A stretch of DNA of 63,765 nt, filler included, from an uncultured virus (IMG/VR IMGVR_UViG_2049941000_000602) (Duplodnaviria; Heunggongvirae; Uroviricota; Caudoviricetes). It is 12 parts of one record of this genome, joined end to end, with 100 filler letters (N's around TTAATTAATTAA, not from the genome) between each part and the next. Parts side by side here need not be neighbours in the genome. Positions count along the whole stretch, not along the records: positions 6,180 to 13,248 come from IMGVR_UViG_2049941000_000602; positions 13,349 to 19,895 come from IMGVR_UViG_2049941000_000602; positions 19,996 to 21,984 come from IMGVR_UViG_2049941000_000602; positions 22,085 to 26,148 come from IMGVR_UViG_2049941000_000602; 8 more parts are not named here. One strand, 5' to 3'. Both the position numbers and the translations under genes were made by a program. Each line of letters starts with the position of its first letter. Position 1 is the stretch's first letter. The notes beneath the pieces were generated by a model. It did no database searches and had not been told where the DNA came from. It worked only from the letters and a program-made list of their open reading frames with translations. This document shows, piece after piece, positions 10,322 through 22,504 of the stretch.

Positions 10322-11245
10322 CGTGTTCGGCACGGTGGCGCTGCTTGACTTCGCCGAGCTGCTTGACTTGGCGTTTGCCTTGTTCACCCCGGCCTTCTGC
10401 TGTTCGGCCTTCTGTGCCGCCTGCCTCTGCTGTTGCTGGTAGAGCGGGGTGGGTGCCTTGGTCGCGTACGGGGCCGAGCCCGCGGTGGCGGCATTGGCTG
10501 CCCCGAATCCGATTGCGGCGGCTGCGGCGGCGTTCTTCCAGAAGCTCTCCATGAGTTCTTCCGATTCGAACACGGGGGCCTTCTTCACGTAGTATACGGC
10601 CTCGTTAGCGGCCGGTGCCTGCTGCTTCTGTTGCTGCTGGCCTCCCTTCTTCGCCTGGGCCGACTTGATGGCCTTCTTGAGAATCAGGTCGGCGAGCTTG
10701 GTGCATACGCCCTGCATGGACTTCTCCGGGAGCGGGGCGTAATTCTTGTTCTTCATGTAGGCCTTGACCGCATGCGCTACAGTTTTCAGGAGCGGGGCCT
10801 CGATGTCCTTGACCTTGGGTTCTCCCGGGAACTGCTCGGCCATTGCCTGGCCGACCCGGGTGAAGATGTTGTCCCCGCCATCGGCGGTGAGTTCCTTGAG
10901 CAGGTTCTCCGGGTTGATTGCGCCCGGTGCGCCGTCCTCCTTGTTGACTTCGTCGGCCGACGGGGCGTCGCCGGGGTTCCCGGTGATGTCGTCGAGGTCG
11001 CTGTCGCCGTCGAGGTCGGTAAGTTCCTCGTCTTCGCCTTCCTTTTCGCCTTCGCCTTCCTTGCCGGAATCGTCTGAACCTTCACCGTCGGACGAGTCCT
11101 CGGACTTGTCCTCCTTGCCGGTGTCCTCCTTGTCGGTATCCTCGTTCGTGCCTTCGGCGAGGTCGTCGTCGTTGCCTACGCCTTCCAGCAGGAAATAGTC
11201 CTTCAGCCTGTCGAATTCGCTCTCGAATGTAAGGTAGTCGCGCAT
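10322..11245 (-). CDS. Acidic low-complexity putative internal head/virion protein (partial)
   Basis: D/E-rich tract, FES/LMES/LLEG motifs, late promoter motif upstream. Confidence 0.55.
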
Positions 11246-11275
11246 CTTGTGCCCCTGACGCAAAATTTTTATAAA

Positions 11276-11311
11276 AGTTTATATCGGCATTGGGGATTTT
11301 TGCTATATTTG
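11276..11311. promoter_or_regulatory. Back-to-back promoters: TATAAACT (minus) and TTGCTATATTTG (plus)
   Basis: AGTTTATA 11276..11283 and TTGCTATATTTG 11300..11311 in a divergent intergenic region. Confidence 0.7.
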
Positions 11312-11344
11312 TTGTAGTGAAATAATAACAATCACAGGAAAATC

Positions 11345-12994
11345 ATGGCCGAAACAAACTTTCTTGACCTTTTGAAGGAACTCGGGAACCAGATTCCCCG
11401 CTTCTCCACGGACTTCATCACGCCGGAAGGACTCGACTGGAAGAAGCTCAAGCGTACAATCCGCGGTGCCAGCTTCAAGAGCATCCTGCCCGCATGTTCA
11501 ATCGCCACCGACCTGGCCTCAAGGCTTTTCGAGAAGTCCACCAACAGGACGCTGAAGGACTTCATCGGGTTCACCCGCAACAGCATCGCCCTGTACTACG
11601 TCCTCGACAATATCCACGCCAACGTGCAGCCGTCCAACTCCATGGAGAACCGTGCCGAAATCGTGTTCTGGAAGGAGATGGCCAACAAGTTCGGCATCGA
11701 GATTCCCATCTGCGACCACTATTCCGGCGCCTGCGCGGGCGCAATCCCGCTCGGCGACATCCTCATGTACCTCACCTACAAGATGAAGGTGAAGTCCACC
11801 TACGAGTTCACAGCCGACGACGGCGTGTACGACTTCAGGATTGAGGGCATCGAGGGAAACCCGCCGACCATCAACTCCACCGGCAACATCATCATCACGA
11901 GCCCGCTCTGCGTGCTCATCCGCTGCCGCCGCCTGAAGGAATCCGGCGGAGACTCGCTCGTCGAGACGCTGTACGTGCTGAAGATGGAGAAGTTCACCGT
12001 GGACGCGGCCTCCAAGGAAGGCGGTATGACCGCATTGACTTCCGACGGGGACGGCTCCAAGTATATCGGCGGCCAGATTCTCACCGAGCACGCCGCGTTC
12101 GTCCTGGAACACCCGACCATCGCCAACGAGGACCCGGTGCAGGCATGCCTCGCATACATCTACCGCGAACTTGACCCGGGGAAGTACCACTACTACGTCG
12201 ACGCCAGCCGCATCTACGTCCGCCCGAACGAACCGCGCACGGACTCCGAGTTCTGGGTCCGCTCAAAGACTATGACGCAGATTTCCGAATGGTGCTCCCG
12301 CGCAGCCGAGAAGAACCAGTCCATGTCATACGCGCTCGTCGGCCCCCTCGGTACCGGCAAGACCTCCACTTGCGAGCACATCATGGACGACCTCGCCGCA
12401 AAGGGCTTCATGATTATCAACTGCAAACTCGAGGACCGGTCTCTCGACACTACGCTCGACCGTATCCAGTTCTGCATCAATATGACGCAGAAGGCGGTAA
12501 TCCTGCTCGATGAGCTCGACTCCCTCGGCATCCAGAACAAGTGCTCGGAAACCAACCAGCTCATCAACTTCTTCGCCAAGGTGCGCGAGTCCAAGTTCCC
12601 GACCATCATCATGTCGACCATCAACGACCCGCTGAAGGTCCACGAGTCCATCATGGAACGCTCCGGCCGTATCGACGAGACCATCGAGGTCGGCTTCCCG
12701 GACGAGGAACTCATGGAGCACCTGGTGCGCAGCTACTGCGGAAGGGAAGGCTACAACATCCCGGACGAAGTGTACAAGAACACCGTGGAGAAGCTGGTCC
12801 AGGCGAAAATCTCCGCGGCCGACGTGGAGAACTTCAGCCGTCAGATTTACGTCAAGAACGGCAAGAAGGACGCCTACACCCAGGAAGACCTGGATGTCGT
12901 CATCGACAGCTTCACCGGAAGCCGTACGGCATCGCGCAAGACCTACTACCAGCGCGACGCGGCAATCCAGGCCAAGAAGTCCGAAATCAGATAG
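11345..12994 (+). CDS. AAA+ ATPase with unknown N-terminal domain
   Basis: Walker A GPLGTGKT, Walker B ILLDELD, second region of homology STIND...ERSGRIDE. Confidence 0.88.
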   Translation: MAETNFLDLLKELGNQIPRFSTDFITPEGLDWKKLKRTIRGASFKSILPACSIATDLASRLFEKSTNRTLKDFIGFTRNSIALYYVLDNIHANVQPSNSMENRAEIVFWKEMANKFGIEIPICDHYSGACAGAIPLGDILMYLTYKMKVKSTYEFTADDGVYDFRIEGIEGNPPTINSTGNIIITSPLCVLIRCRRLKESGGDSLVETLYVLKMEKFTVDAASKEGGMTALTSDGDGSKYIGGQILTEHAAFVLEHPTIANEDPVQACLAYIYRELDPGKYHYYVDASRIYVRPNEPRTDSEFWVRSKTMTQISEWCSRAAEKNQSMSYALVGPLGTGKTSTCEHIMDDLAAKGFMIINCKLEDRSLDTTLDRIQFCINMTQKAVILLDELDSLGIQNKCSETNQLINFFAKVRESKFPTIIMSTINDPLKVHESIMERSGRIDETIEVGFPDEELMEHLVRSYCGREGYNIPDEVYKNTVEKLVQAKISAADVENFSRQIYVKNGKKDAYTQEDLDVVIDSFTGSRTASRKTYYQRDAAIQAKKSEIR

Positions 12995-13015
12995 GTTTAC
13001 AGGCTACGACAAGGG

Positions 13016-13042
13016 AAGGCCGGCAGCGATGCCGGCCTTTTT
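13016..13042 (+). terminator. Intrinsic terminator
   Basis: AAGGCCGGCA-GCGA-TGCCGGCCTT TTT. Confidence 0.85.
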
Positions 13043-13866
13043 CGTCTAAATCATGTGCATCTGCCCGGGAACTATTTTCAGCTTGTTCCATAGGCACCAC
13101 GCGCCGAGCGTGTGTTCGGCAAGGTAGCCGTCGATGCGCTTGTTGAACATGTTCAGCGAGAACACCTTGTCGTACAGGGAGAGCATCGGGAACAGCCAGG
13201 AACACCAGGCGTCCAGGATTTCCCGGCGGGTAACCAGCATGTTGCAGANNNNNNNNNNNNNNNNNNNNNNNNNNNNNNNNNNNNNNNNNNNNTTAATTAA
13301 TTAANNNNNNNNNNNNNNNNNNNNNNNNNNNNNNNNNNNNNNNNNNNNTATCGCCTTCGAGATGATGCTGCGGGCATGCTCCTCAAGTTCCTCCTTGGTA
13401 TACGGTGGGCATACGTCGGACAGCTTCCGTACATTCAGTACCTTGCAGAGTTGCTCCTCGTCCATTACAAGGTCGCTCCCGCCATGCATGTGGTTCCACC
13501 TGCTGCAGCAGGTGTCGAGCGAGCCGTCGGGGGGTNNNNNNNNNNATTGACTTCCTCATTATAGAGGAGGATACGGACTCGTATACTATCCTAGAAACAC
13601 TTTTCATCAGAAATTCTGCCCGCAGTCCGAGTTGTTGAACCATAGGTTAGGCGCGTCCATCCCCTCGGAGTTGGAGATGTCGCCGCGGATGTCGTGGGTG
13701 TCCATGAACCTGGGACCGTTACCCTTGAAGCCGTAGCCGTCGAACACGTATCCGTGCGGTATGATGCCCGGCATCCCGTTGCGGAAATGCACGAGGTCGA
13801 ACTTTCCGTCCCGGGTGAACCGCCAGTCGCGTACCTTTACCGGACCTCTCAGGGGANNNNNNNNNN

Positions 13867-14214
13867 GTTGCCGCAGAACGCGGCATGACCCAGATAATGG
13901 ACGCCATGAACGTCCCGGAAGAGGCACGCGCTCTCGCCCCGCAGATTCTCAACAACGTGGTCGCCAACAACGACGGCACGTACAGCTCCGCCGACGGCAG
14001 CTTCAATATCGGCAACCGCGAGCAGCTGATGTACATGATTCAGCGCACGATGCAGGAAATCGGCGAGGAGATGGCCAGGTGCGGCGGCCAGGCCGTGGCC
14101 GACGTCGGTCCCGACCTCAGGACAAGGCTCACCACCAGGGGAGCCGACGGCAGGCGCAGGCTAATCACGGTAAATCCGGTAGACCCGGGGGAACAGGCAA
14201 TAAATGGCAGATGA
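13867..14214 (+). CDS. Hypothetical protein (C-terminal part)
   Basis: Open frame with strong GC3 bias ending EQAINGR*, overlapping next start. Confidence 0.5.
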   Translation, partial: VAAERGMTQIMDAMNVPEEARALAPQILNNVVANNDGTYSSADGSFNIGNREQLMYMIQRTMQEIGEEMARCGGQAVADVGPDLRTRLTTRGADGRRRLITVNPVDPGEQAINGR

Positions 14215-14750
14215 TTGCGGTGAAATAGGCGGCCTGGTGATGGTCGACGGTCCGGGCTGGGATTCCAGCCCGCTAGAGGGGGAACCTGCAATTTCCCGGT
14301 TCAACCGCATGGCCATGGACAACCCGATATATGGGCACAACGACATACTCGATACTATGAGTAAGTTCGACAATTCCAAGTTTTACACGATTCAAGATGA
14401 CGAGCCCGAACTCGACGAGTTCGTCCAGACCCTGTGGCTCGACGGTGTCGAGGACCACGGCTACAATGTCGACGGTGACCCGTACGGCGAGTTCAAGAAG
14501 GGATATGCCGGGCCTGCCCCGGAAACCGGGGAGAGCATGTACCCGGAACTTGCCGCGCAGAACGCGGCNNNNNNNNNNCGTCGAGGACCACGGATACAAT
14601 GTCGATGGGGACCCGTACGGCGAGTTCAAGAAGGGATATGCCGGGCCAGCTCCGGAAACCGGGGAGAGCATGTACCCGGAACTTGCCGCGCAGAACGCGG
14701 CGGAGTTCATCTCGCAGTTCGGGAAGATTTTTGCCGGCAATAACAATTAA
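14204..14750 (+). CDS. Hypothetical acidic protein (internal assembly duplication)
   Basis: MADDCGEIGG...FAGNNN*; 14447..14568 repeated at 14580..14701 across a 10-N gap. Confidence 0.55.
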
Positions 14751-16810
14751 TCATCACCGCGTTTAACGGCTCGTGGCTTCCATGTGCCCTGTTCCCTGTC
14801 TATTGTAGTTCCATCCAGGGAGATTGCTTCTTTGCGGCCATCCAGATAGACCAGGACTACGACTTCCTTTTCATCCTTATATTCACTGCGTGACATCTTG
14901 TCGTATTCACGACGTGATATCTTGAAGAACGGGTAACTTGCACGGAAGTTTTTCGGCCTTAATACATCGTATATATCGTCGTATTCCTTGACGACCTTAC
15001 CGTCAATCGGGTCAATGATGAAGAACGCACCTCTATTTATTTGTGACAGNNNNNNNNNNNNNNNNNNNNNNNNNNNNNNNNNNNNNNNNNNNNNNNNNNN
15101 NNNNNNNNNNNNNNNNNNNNNNNNNNNNNNNNNNNNNNNNNNNNNNNNNNNNNNNNNNNNNNNNNNNNNNNNNNNNNNNNNNNNNNNNNNNNNNNNNNNN
15201 NNNNNNNNNNNNNNNNNNNNNNNNNNNNNNNNNNNNNNNNNNNNNNNNNNNNNNNNNNNNNNNNNNNNNNNNNNNNNNNNNNNNNNNNNNNNNNNNNNNN
15301 NNNNNNTATTTATTTGTGACAGTGTGAATACCCCGATTGTCGGTATAGTATTGCACGTAAACATATCGGCAGACCATTTCTCTATTTTACCTGTCTGGCT
15401 TTTCCTTGGATACTGAGGGTCGTACATGTTAGCGAGAACGTCGCCGTAGTTTACCAGCTTGTCCTGCGTTACCAGGTATACCTGGGAATCTTTCGCGAAC
15501 ATGTTCCCTGCAGTCGTATCGATGTAGCCGTCACCGGAATCTGGAACGAAATCCATTGTCGTGGTGTCGAATAGGTATGTGCCTTCCCAGTCGACATGCA
15601 TGGACAGCACAATGCCGTGTATGAGTTTCTGGTACGGGTAGTTGTATATGTCCGGGTCGGATTCGCCACTGATGACGTCTTCCACGTAGCAATCGCCATC
15701 CATCTCGCCATCGTCTCCCAGGTATTTCACCTTACCAGTTGTCGCTGAGTACACGACCCTGTACTGCTCGTCCTCGTCCTCATCCTCGTCGTCGCCATCA
15801 AGGCAATACGGGTTGTAGCTTCCGGTAATCGTCCCGTTGCCCCAATCACGGTATTCCGTCAGCGGATACTTCAATACTGGGTTACCGGACCCGTCAACCG
15901 GCACGTACAGGAGCTTTTCGCCTAGGACGAGTTCCCACATTCGCAAGCCGTAGGAATCAAAATAGGTCAACTGATGGGCGTAATGGTCGTCATCCCAGGC
16001 GTCCTTGTTCCGTATGAAGTCCATCGCCTTTGAGATGATGCTGCGTGCATGCTCCTCAAGTTCCTCCTTGGTATACGGTGGACACACATCGGACAGCTTC
16101 CGTACATTCAGTACCTTGCAGAGCTGCTCCTCGTCCATCACCAGGTCGCTCCCGTCATGCATGTGGTTCCACCTGCTGNNNNNNNNNNACTCGTCAAGCG
16201 GGCAGTTCTCCCCGGGAGTTCCCGGTATGTCCTCGAACCCCGGCCTGGTGCAGATGTACATCTTTACCGTGTTTCCCTTCATGTAGTGGTTCCACATCCT
16301 ACGGCTTGCGGTAAGGCACCAGACCTGTGTGGACTCGGTGAACCTGGCATATTTCCGTGCTGTCTCGAAGTCCGGAATCCAGGTGACGTTATAACGGCAC
16401 CCGGTGCCATCGGCCTCGTCGTTGACTATTGCCGTTTCCGAAGTACCGTGTCCGAACCTGGAAGACAGTTCGTCGAAGGTCATTCCGTTCAGGTCGAAAT
16501 CGTAGTCGTCGGCATGCGATTCGGTAATGTTCCTGACTATGCTGGAAAGGGTTTTTACCTTTGTGCGTTCCGGCATCTTCCTGTCACTCCTCCAGTCCAG
16601 GAGGTCTTCCGGCCAGATGCCGAGTTCCGTGTAGGCTATACGGGCGACTCCCGGCTCGAACTTGGGGTTGCTCCTGCCTCCGTCGTGGAAGAATATGTTC
16701 CTGATGTTGTATTCCAGGCATTCGGCGAATGACATTCCCCGGGAATTTTCGGTAGTGAACATCCGGTTCCCCTGGCCGTCCACGGCGGGAGAATCCCACC
16801 CTCCCGGGGG
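14747..16810 (-). CDS. Large phage protein of unknown function (gapped)
   Basis: FEPGVARIAY, WCLT....W..Y, GENCPLDE, SRWNH..GSD.VM blocks resembling an unannotated large-phage family, followed by an AT-richer aromatic/acidic C-terminus; allele at 13349..13535. Confidence 0.6.
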   Translation of the reverse strand, partial: PPGGWDSPAVDGQGNRMFTTENSRGMSFAECLEYNIRNIFFHDGGRSNPKFEPGVARIAYTELGIWPEDLLDWRSDRKMPERTKVKTLSSIVRNITESHADDYDFDLNGMTFDELSSRFGHGTSETAIVNDEADGTGCRYNVTWIPDFETARKYARFTESTQVWCLTASRRMWNHYMKGNTVKMYICTRPGFEDIPGTPGENCPLDEXXXXSRWNHMHDGSDLVMDEEQLCKVLNVRKLSDVCPPYTKEELEEHARSIISKAMDFIRNKDAWDDDHYAHQLTYFDSYGLRMWELVLGEKLLYVPVDGSGNPVLKYPLTEYRDWGNGTITGSYNPYCLDGDDEDEDEDEQYRVVYSATTGKVKYLGDDGEMDGDCYVEDVISGESDPDIYNYPYQKLIHGIVLSMHVDWEGTYLFDTTTMDFVPDSGDGYIDTTAGNMFAKDSQVYLVTQDKLVNYGDVLANMYDPQYPRKSQTGKIEKWSADMFTCNTIPTIGVFTLSQINXXXXXXXXXXXXXXXXXXXXXXXXXXXXXXXXXXXXXXXXXXXXXXXXXXXXXXXXXXXXXXXXXXXXXXXXXXXXXXXXXXXXXXLSQINRGAFFIIDPIDGKVVKEYDDIYDVLRPKNFRASYPFFKISRREYDKMSRSEYKDEKEVVVLVYLDGRKEAISLDGTTIDREQGTWKPRAVKRGDD

Positions 16811-17445
16811 NNNNNNNNNNNNNNNNNNNNNNNNNNNNNNNNNNNNNNNNNNNNNNNNNNNNNNNNNNNNNNNNNNNNNNNNNNNNNNNNNNNNNNNNNN
16901 NNNNNNNNNNNNNNNNNNNNNNNNNNNNNNNNNNNNNNNNNNNNNNNNNNNNNNNNNNNNNNNNNNNNNNNNNNNNNNNNNNNNNNNNNNNNNNNNNNNN
17001 NNNNNNNNNNNNNNNNNNNNNNNNNNNNNNNNNNNNNNNNNNNNNNNNNNNNNNNNNNNNNNNNNNNNNNNNNNNNNNNNNNNNNNNNNNNNNNNNNNNN
17101 NNNNNNNNNNNNNNNNNNNNNNNNNNNNNNNNNNNNNNNNNNNNNNNNNNNNNNNNNNNNNNNNNNNNNNNNNNNNNNNNNNNNNNNNNNNNNNNNNNNN
17201 NNNNNNNNNNNNNNNNNNNNNNNNNNNNNNNNNNNNNNNNNNNNNNNNNNNNNNNNNNNNNNNNNNNNNNNNNNNNNNNNNNNNNNNNNNNNNNNNNNNN
17301 NNNNNNNNNNNNNNNNNNNNNNNNNNNNNNNNNNNNNNNNNNNNNNNNNNNNNNNNNNNNNNNNNNNNNNNNNNNNNNNNNNNNNNNNNNNNNNNNNNNN
17401 NNNNNNNNNNNNNNNNNNNNNNNNNNNNNNNNNNNNNNNNNNNNN

Positions 17446-17566
17446 CTCTCAGGGGAGGCATGTCGGGAAGGGTCGGGATAGACGGGGGTACCGGGGGCAT
17501 CCCGCAGGGAGGCCGGAAGTACCCGGGAGGGCCGAACATTTTCGATGGCTTGGACATATCGGGCAT
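17446..17566 (-). CDS. Proline-rich protein N-terminus (partial)
   Basis: MPDMSKPSKMFGPPGYFRPPCGMPPVPPSIPTLPDMPP; AAGGAG RBS; ATAAACT at 17619..17625. Confidence 0.55.
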
Positions 17567-17909
17567 GCTCCTTCATATTTGGCACAAGCCAAGTAATCAA
17601 AACATTTAACTAAAGAACAGTTTATGCTTTCTTCGCCTGACGGTATCCGGGCGGCCCCTCATTTTTACGGAGATACAATGGAAGACGAGGAAGTAATCGA
17701 CATATGGCGGGCCATACTCATGGCGTACCTGGTGGACGGGAAGGAGGACCCGGTCGACGGAATGTTCATGGACGACTGGGAAGATTAGCCATCTTGGCCT
17801 CCTTGATTAATGAACCACACCATGTGATTCGTTATCAAGGGAGTTCTATGACCCCGAACCGCTGTGGTACGACGACTACGACGACTGAATACGTAAATTN
17901 NNNNNNNNN

Positions 17910-19895
17910 GCCGTGTTGTTTATTGATATATTAAATGACCCACCATATGTCGACCAAGCATAGATAACTGGTATAGTTGCAGAATAACTATACAATTCCA
18001 ATGCTGTATCAGATTCACCACCAAATCGAAGTAATGTTTTGAATCCAGATTCACCACTAGCATGACCAACTACCGACATAATACATTTCTTACCGGGCGA
18101 CAATGATGTAATGGTTATTGAAATTAAACCGTTTCTATCAGCTTTTCTAGCGATAGGTTGTAAATCATATGTTCCGGTAGCATTACCGGCAACAGTCAAT
18201 GTAGTACTCATTATACTAGTGTTTCCGTTTGAATACGTAGTGTCAGTTTTTAGTCTAACATGTGCAGTACTAACAAAGGATTGCTTTAAATATATATCGT
18301 CAAGATTATCAATTTGGCCATCAATATATGCCTTTGATGGGAACATAACTATTGAACCTAAGTCTGAATCGCCGGCCTGTTTGGTTCGTGCTACCGCGTC
18401 AGTACATTTCCTGGGGTTTGTAGTTACCATAAGCATGCAGTCATTGGCAGCCACACCAATATAAGAACTTGCGCTATCGCTGGTCAGTGTATGTAGCTCT
18501 TCAGCTTTATTGACATTAATGAGGTCTATTTCGCCTTTAACACAAGATGCGAGTAGTTGATGCGAGGGGCTAGTAGATGATGCATTAATTATTCGCATCG
18601 CTAGCGTACCGACGGTCAAATTACCTAGGTTATTATCATCATATGAATGATTCGTATTGCCATACAGCGTCACTCGGTCTATTGGAACTTCTTGTGAGCC
18701 CGGTGTGCCACTCAAAGTTCCATCATATACCGAATGTAAGGCTGTTGATAGTTGTCGTATTGATGATGATGCGTTTGGTGTTGCCTGCCCCGGAATCGTG
18801 TCTGCTTGTGATGCCCAAAATTTACCAATATAGTTGCTTCCTTTCGCTTTCACATTAATGAAATGTGATTGGACTGATTCTTCATTAATATGGGTGGCAC
18901 TAAGAGTACTATTGGGGGTAGAGGAAATGTCGGTCTTTACCAGGTCGAGGTATTGGTTATTCTGGTTGCCTATACCAAACTGGATGGTATACCGGGTACC
19001 CGCCGAATCAACCTGCTTGAATACCCCATCAACTACCTGGCCGCTGCCNNNNNNNNNNAATCGATTGCTATTCCAGAACCGGCAGTAAGCCTGCCTTGCA
19101 GCGGCACTACCTCCGTCGTAATAGTGCCGTTAGTAATCAGTTTCCTGATTATTCTGTTCTGGAAGGTATCGTTGCCCTCAAATACATAAGTAATTGGTTG
19201 ACTGCCGTAACCACCTACCCTGCGTTTAAATATGTAATAATATTGGCGACCATATTCGCCGGCGCTCAACAGCATTGGTGTTTTACCGCTTTCCATGTCG
19301 TCGGACACGTCATTATATATTGTACTGTCCGCTTGCGTGCCGTTGCTTTCCCTATACGCGATTTCGCGAACGCTGATATTTGCATTTATGGTATCCCATT
19401 GCATCACGCCGCCGGAGTTGGTGACGAGTTGTCTGTTTGGCGATGGCGGGGGAACTAGATATTTATAGGATGATTCGGTATTGAATTTGATACGCTCATT
19501 TCCGTTATAAAGCTTTTCAACATATATCTTAGTCAAGTCCTCTGCATAGCTAGTTTGTTCATCCTCATACTCCTCGTAGGTACCCATGTCCAAGTCGTCC
19601 CACTCCGGTACACCACCGGTACCGCTGCGGAGATATTTATTGGCGCTGCTTGCAGGTGTAACTAGATAACCAGGTGTATAAGTCGTATCTTCGGTACTGG
19701 TGACACTTACTGCCGCCGGTGTACCGGCAAANNNNNNNNNNATTTCCATTCAAGCTCAGTTGGTAATATTCATAGTAAGAGCTTGCTTGCTGATGGCCCA
19801 ATGAATAATAATCATAATTTCCGCGTGTCAGGTCTTTCACATAAATAGGGGTGTCTCCGTCAGCTAGAATATTGCTCGTTGACGTAAATGGTAAC
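17910..19895 (-). CDS. AT-rich tail fibre/receptor-binding protein fragments
   Basis: Consecutive open frames rich in S/T/G/N with fibre motifs LTAGSGIAI, NKYLRS..GGVPEW, QLVTNSGGVMQW. Confidence 0.6.
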
Positions 19896-19996
19896 NNNNN
19901 NNNNNNNNNNNNNNNNNNNNNNNNNNNNNNNNNNNNNNNTTAATTAATTAANNNNNNNNNNNNNNNNNNNNNNNNNNNNNNNNNNNNNNNNNNNNT

Positions 19997-20690
19997 CTAC
20001 ACGAAGACGGAAACCGGTACCCTGCTCGACGGAAAGGTGGACACGGTAACCGGCAAGGGTCTTTCCACCAACGACTACACCACCGAGGAAAAGAACAAGC
20101 TTACCGGCATCGAGACGGGGGCGCAGGCCAACGTAATAGAATCCGTCAAGGTAGACGGCACGGCATTGACCGTAGATACGAACAAGGCAGTGAACATCCC
20201 GTTGGCGTCTGCCACCGATTCGGGGAACGAGACTGTTTATGTGACGGGTGTGGTGACCGGTCAGGACAAGGAAAAATGGGACAGCTGGGAAACCATTTCG
20301 GTGACTATACCAGACCATTCATTGGATGGTTTTCTGTACTTGACCTACTTCGAGAATCTTGAACCTTACGCCGTATCCAGAACTACCGATACCCCTGTTA
20401 TCGGTGATATTACTTACTACTGGCATTACACCGGACATGCGACGGTGCCATCTACTATCAATGAATATGTGGAAAGTTCCTACACGGGCTTACCTGCAAT
20501 GACCGTGCTAGCCAGTGATAGTAATAGCATGACGGTAGAAAACCGCCAAGGGTTTGCCGAACGCAGCACCGTACTAGACCTTCTGCAAAGCGTAGAAACA
20601 TTCTCGTTTGAGGTCATACTGAATATAGGCTCATTTGAGGGTCTATGGGGCGGTTTGGCTTTCGGGTGCTCGGCAGGCGAGTCAAACTAT
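19997..20690 (+). CDS. Fibre protein: shaft repeat plus start of LamG-like head (partial)
   Basis: KVD.VTGKGLSTNDYTTEEKNKLTGIETGAQANVIESV, then switch to FLYLTYFE.. head resembling 36154..37031. Confidence 0.7.
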
Positions 20691-20700
20691 NNNNNNNNNN

Positions 20701-21234
20701 GGAGACATGGCTTTTTGAATCAGTGCTAATCTGGTTGACCTTGAAGGAACCGCCGAATGTCAGTGTCACGTCACCCGTGGGTACGCCGGTCTTCGAGGCG
20801 GCGCTCCCGTCGGGGTGTTCATAGTTGTTAAAGGATGCCCAGGTACCGGCCTTGGTAAGGGCTTCCGTGTCAGTGCTTCCGTCGAACTCAATGGTAGTTT
20901 TCTTGACGATGTTGTTGTCGCTATAGTCTACTATCAGGAGGGTATCCTTGTTCCCGATTGCGGTGGCGTTGTCGGTAACCTTTCCATCGGTAGTGATGTT
21001 ACCGTGGCTATGGTTCAGCGAAGTGGCTGTACTATTGTTGCAGGTAAGTTCGATTGCCGACTCACGGTTGAACTGTACCTTGTGCTTGTGGTTATTCAGA
21101 TTAGTCTGTACGGTCTCGACGGCTCCGGTAGATGCCGCGTCGATGTTGGCACGAGCCTGTGTCTTGTTGTCAGAAGACAATACCTCTGTCTGGTCTACGT
21201 TCCACAATACCGAAGGTATTTTTGTATTAGCCAT
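20701..21234 (-). CDS. Tail-fibre-like protein (N-terminal part)
   Basis: Q..LS...KTQARANIDA, HSHGNITTDG, N.YEHP fibre motifs. Confidence 0.7.
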
Positions 21235-21265
21235 CTGGTTACCTTTCAATCCTTATACAAACGGT

Positions 21266-21303
21266 AGTTTATACCGGGCTCCCCCAATCAAATGCTATAA
21301 ACT
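21266..21303. promoter_or_regulatory. Divergent pair of putative late promoters (TATAAACTACC on both strands)
   Basis: AGTTTATA 21266..21273 and TATAAACT 21296..21303, each facing a fibre gene. Confidence 0.75.
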
Positions 21304-21332
21304 ACCAACAACGACATACCGGGTCCGGCAAA

Positions 21333-21984
21333 ATGGCAGAAAAGTTAATAAAGAAGCTCAACAACAGGGAATTCTACGCGAAATATTCGGACTACGCCGC
21401 CATGGACGAGGACGGCGAGCGCCTCTCGGACCGCAAGGTCAAGTCCGTGTCGCTGGACGCGGCCTCGGGAACCATGACCGTCACCAGCACGGACGGCTCC
21501 CAGGCAATCCCGGTGGTCCCCGATGCACCGCACACGCAGGGCCTCGTATTGAGAACCAACGCGGACGGAACATATGCATGGGGAGCGGCCGGCGCCGAAC
21601 CGGGCCGGGGCAGACTCCTTATGAGACTCGGGAGTGCACCGGAAGCTACCGATACCGGGTTCAACGCCAACTCGGAGACCGATGTTACTGTGGACATCCC
21701 GGTAGCGTCCGCCGTCGCAGGGGAAGAGACTGATGGACTGATGACGTCCTCGGACAAGTCGAAACTTGACGGAATCGAGACGGGGGCACAGGCAAACAAA
21801 ATTGAGACTGTGCAACTGAACGGTACGGCGGTAACGCCTACCGGAACGACGGTGAATATCCAGTTGGACAAGAGTTCGGTCGGTCTCGGCAATGTCGAGA
21901 ACACGAGCGACCGTGACAAGCCGATTTCAACGGCTACGCAGTCCGCGCTTGACGAGAAAGCCGGAAAGGCCACGGCTATACGGG
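21333..21984 (+). CDS. Tail-fibre-like protein (N-terminal part)
   Basis: LIKKLNNREFYAKYSDYAAMDEDG module; DGLMTSSDKSKLDGIETGAQAN; VGLGNVENTSDRDKPISTATQSALD. Confidence 0.8.
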
Positions 21985-22084
21985 NNNNNNNNNNNNNNNN
22001 NNNNNNNNNNNNNNNNNNNNNNNNNNNNTTAATTAATTAANNNNNNNNNNNNNNNNNNNNNNNNNNNNNNNNNNNNNNNNNNNN

Positions 22085-22486
22085 GTCTATGAGTCCTCCC
22101 GCGGTCTCGGCATCGGCCTTCCGGGGTGGTACGGGACTGGGACGAATCGCTGCACGGCAACGAGTAATTTCGATTTGAAATCTTATGATTCCGGTAGGGA
22201 TGTCCATGCGCTTCCCAAGGACGCAAATAAACGCCGGGGTATCGGCATACACCACCTTGCCGTTGTTGTCGACCGTACTGCCAACGAGGCTCGCGGATAC
22301 TTCGACGGGGAACTGGCCATACGACGCCCGACAATCTCAGAGATTGGTAACATTGCCAATTACTCGTTCACCAACGACATGAACGACACCTTGCAATACA
22401 CGCAGTTTGCAATCCGAGAGGGCGACTGCTCTACCAACGGTGGCCTCAACTATCCGGTTCCGACCAAGCCGTATGTCAAATTCTAA
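22085..22486 (+). CDS. LamG/concanavalin-like head, C-terminal fragment
   Basis: IHHLAVVVDR......GYFDGEL ... QFAIR ... YPVPTKPY*. Confidence 0.6.
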   Translation, partial: VYESSRGLGIGLPGWYGTGTNRCTATSNFDLKSYDSGRDVHALPKDANKRRGIGIHHLAVVVDRTANEARGYFDGELAIRRPTISEIGNIANYSFTNDMNDTLQYTQFAIREGDCSTNGGLNYPVPTKPYVKF

Positions 22487-22504
22487 TTATTCGTGGAGTA
22501 TCTA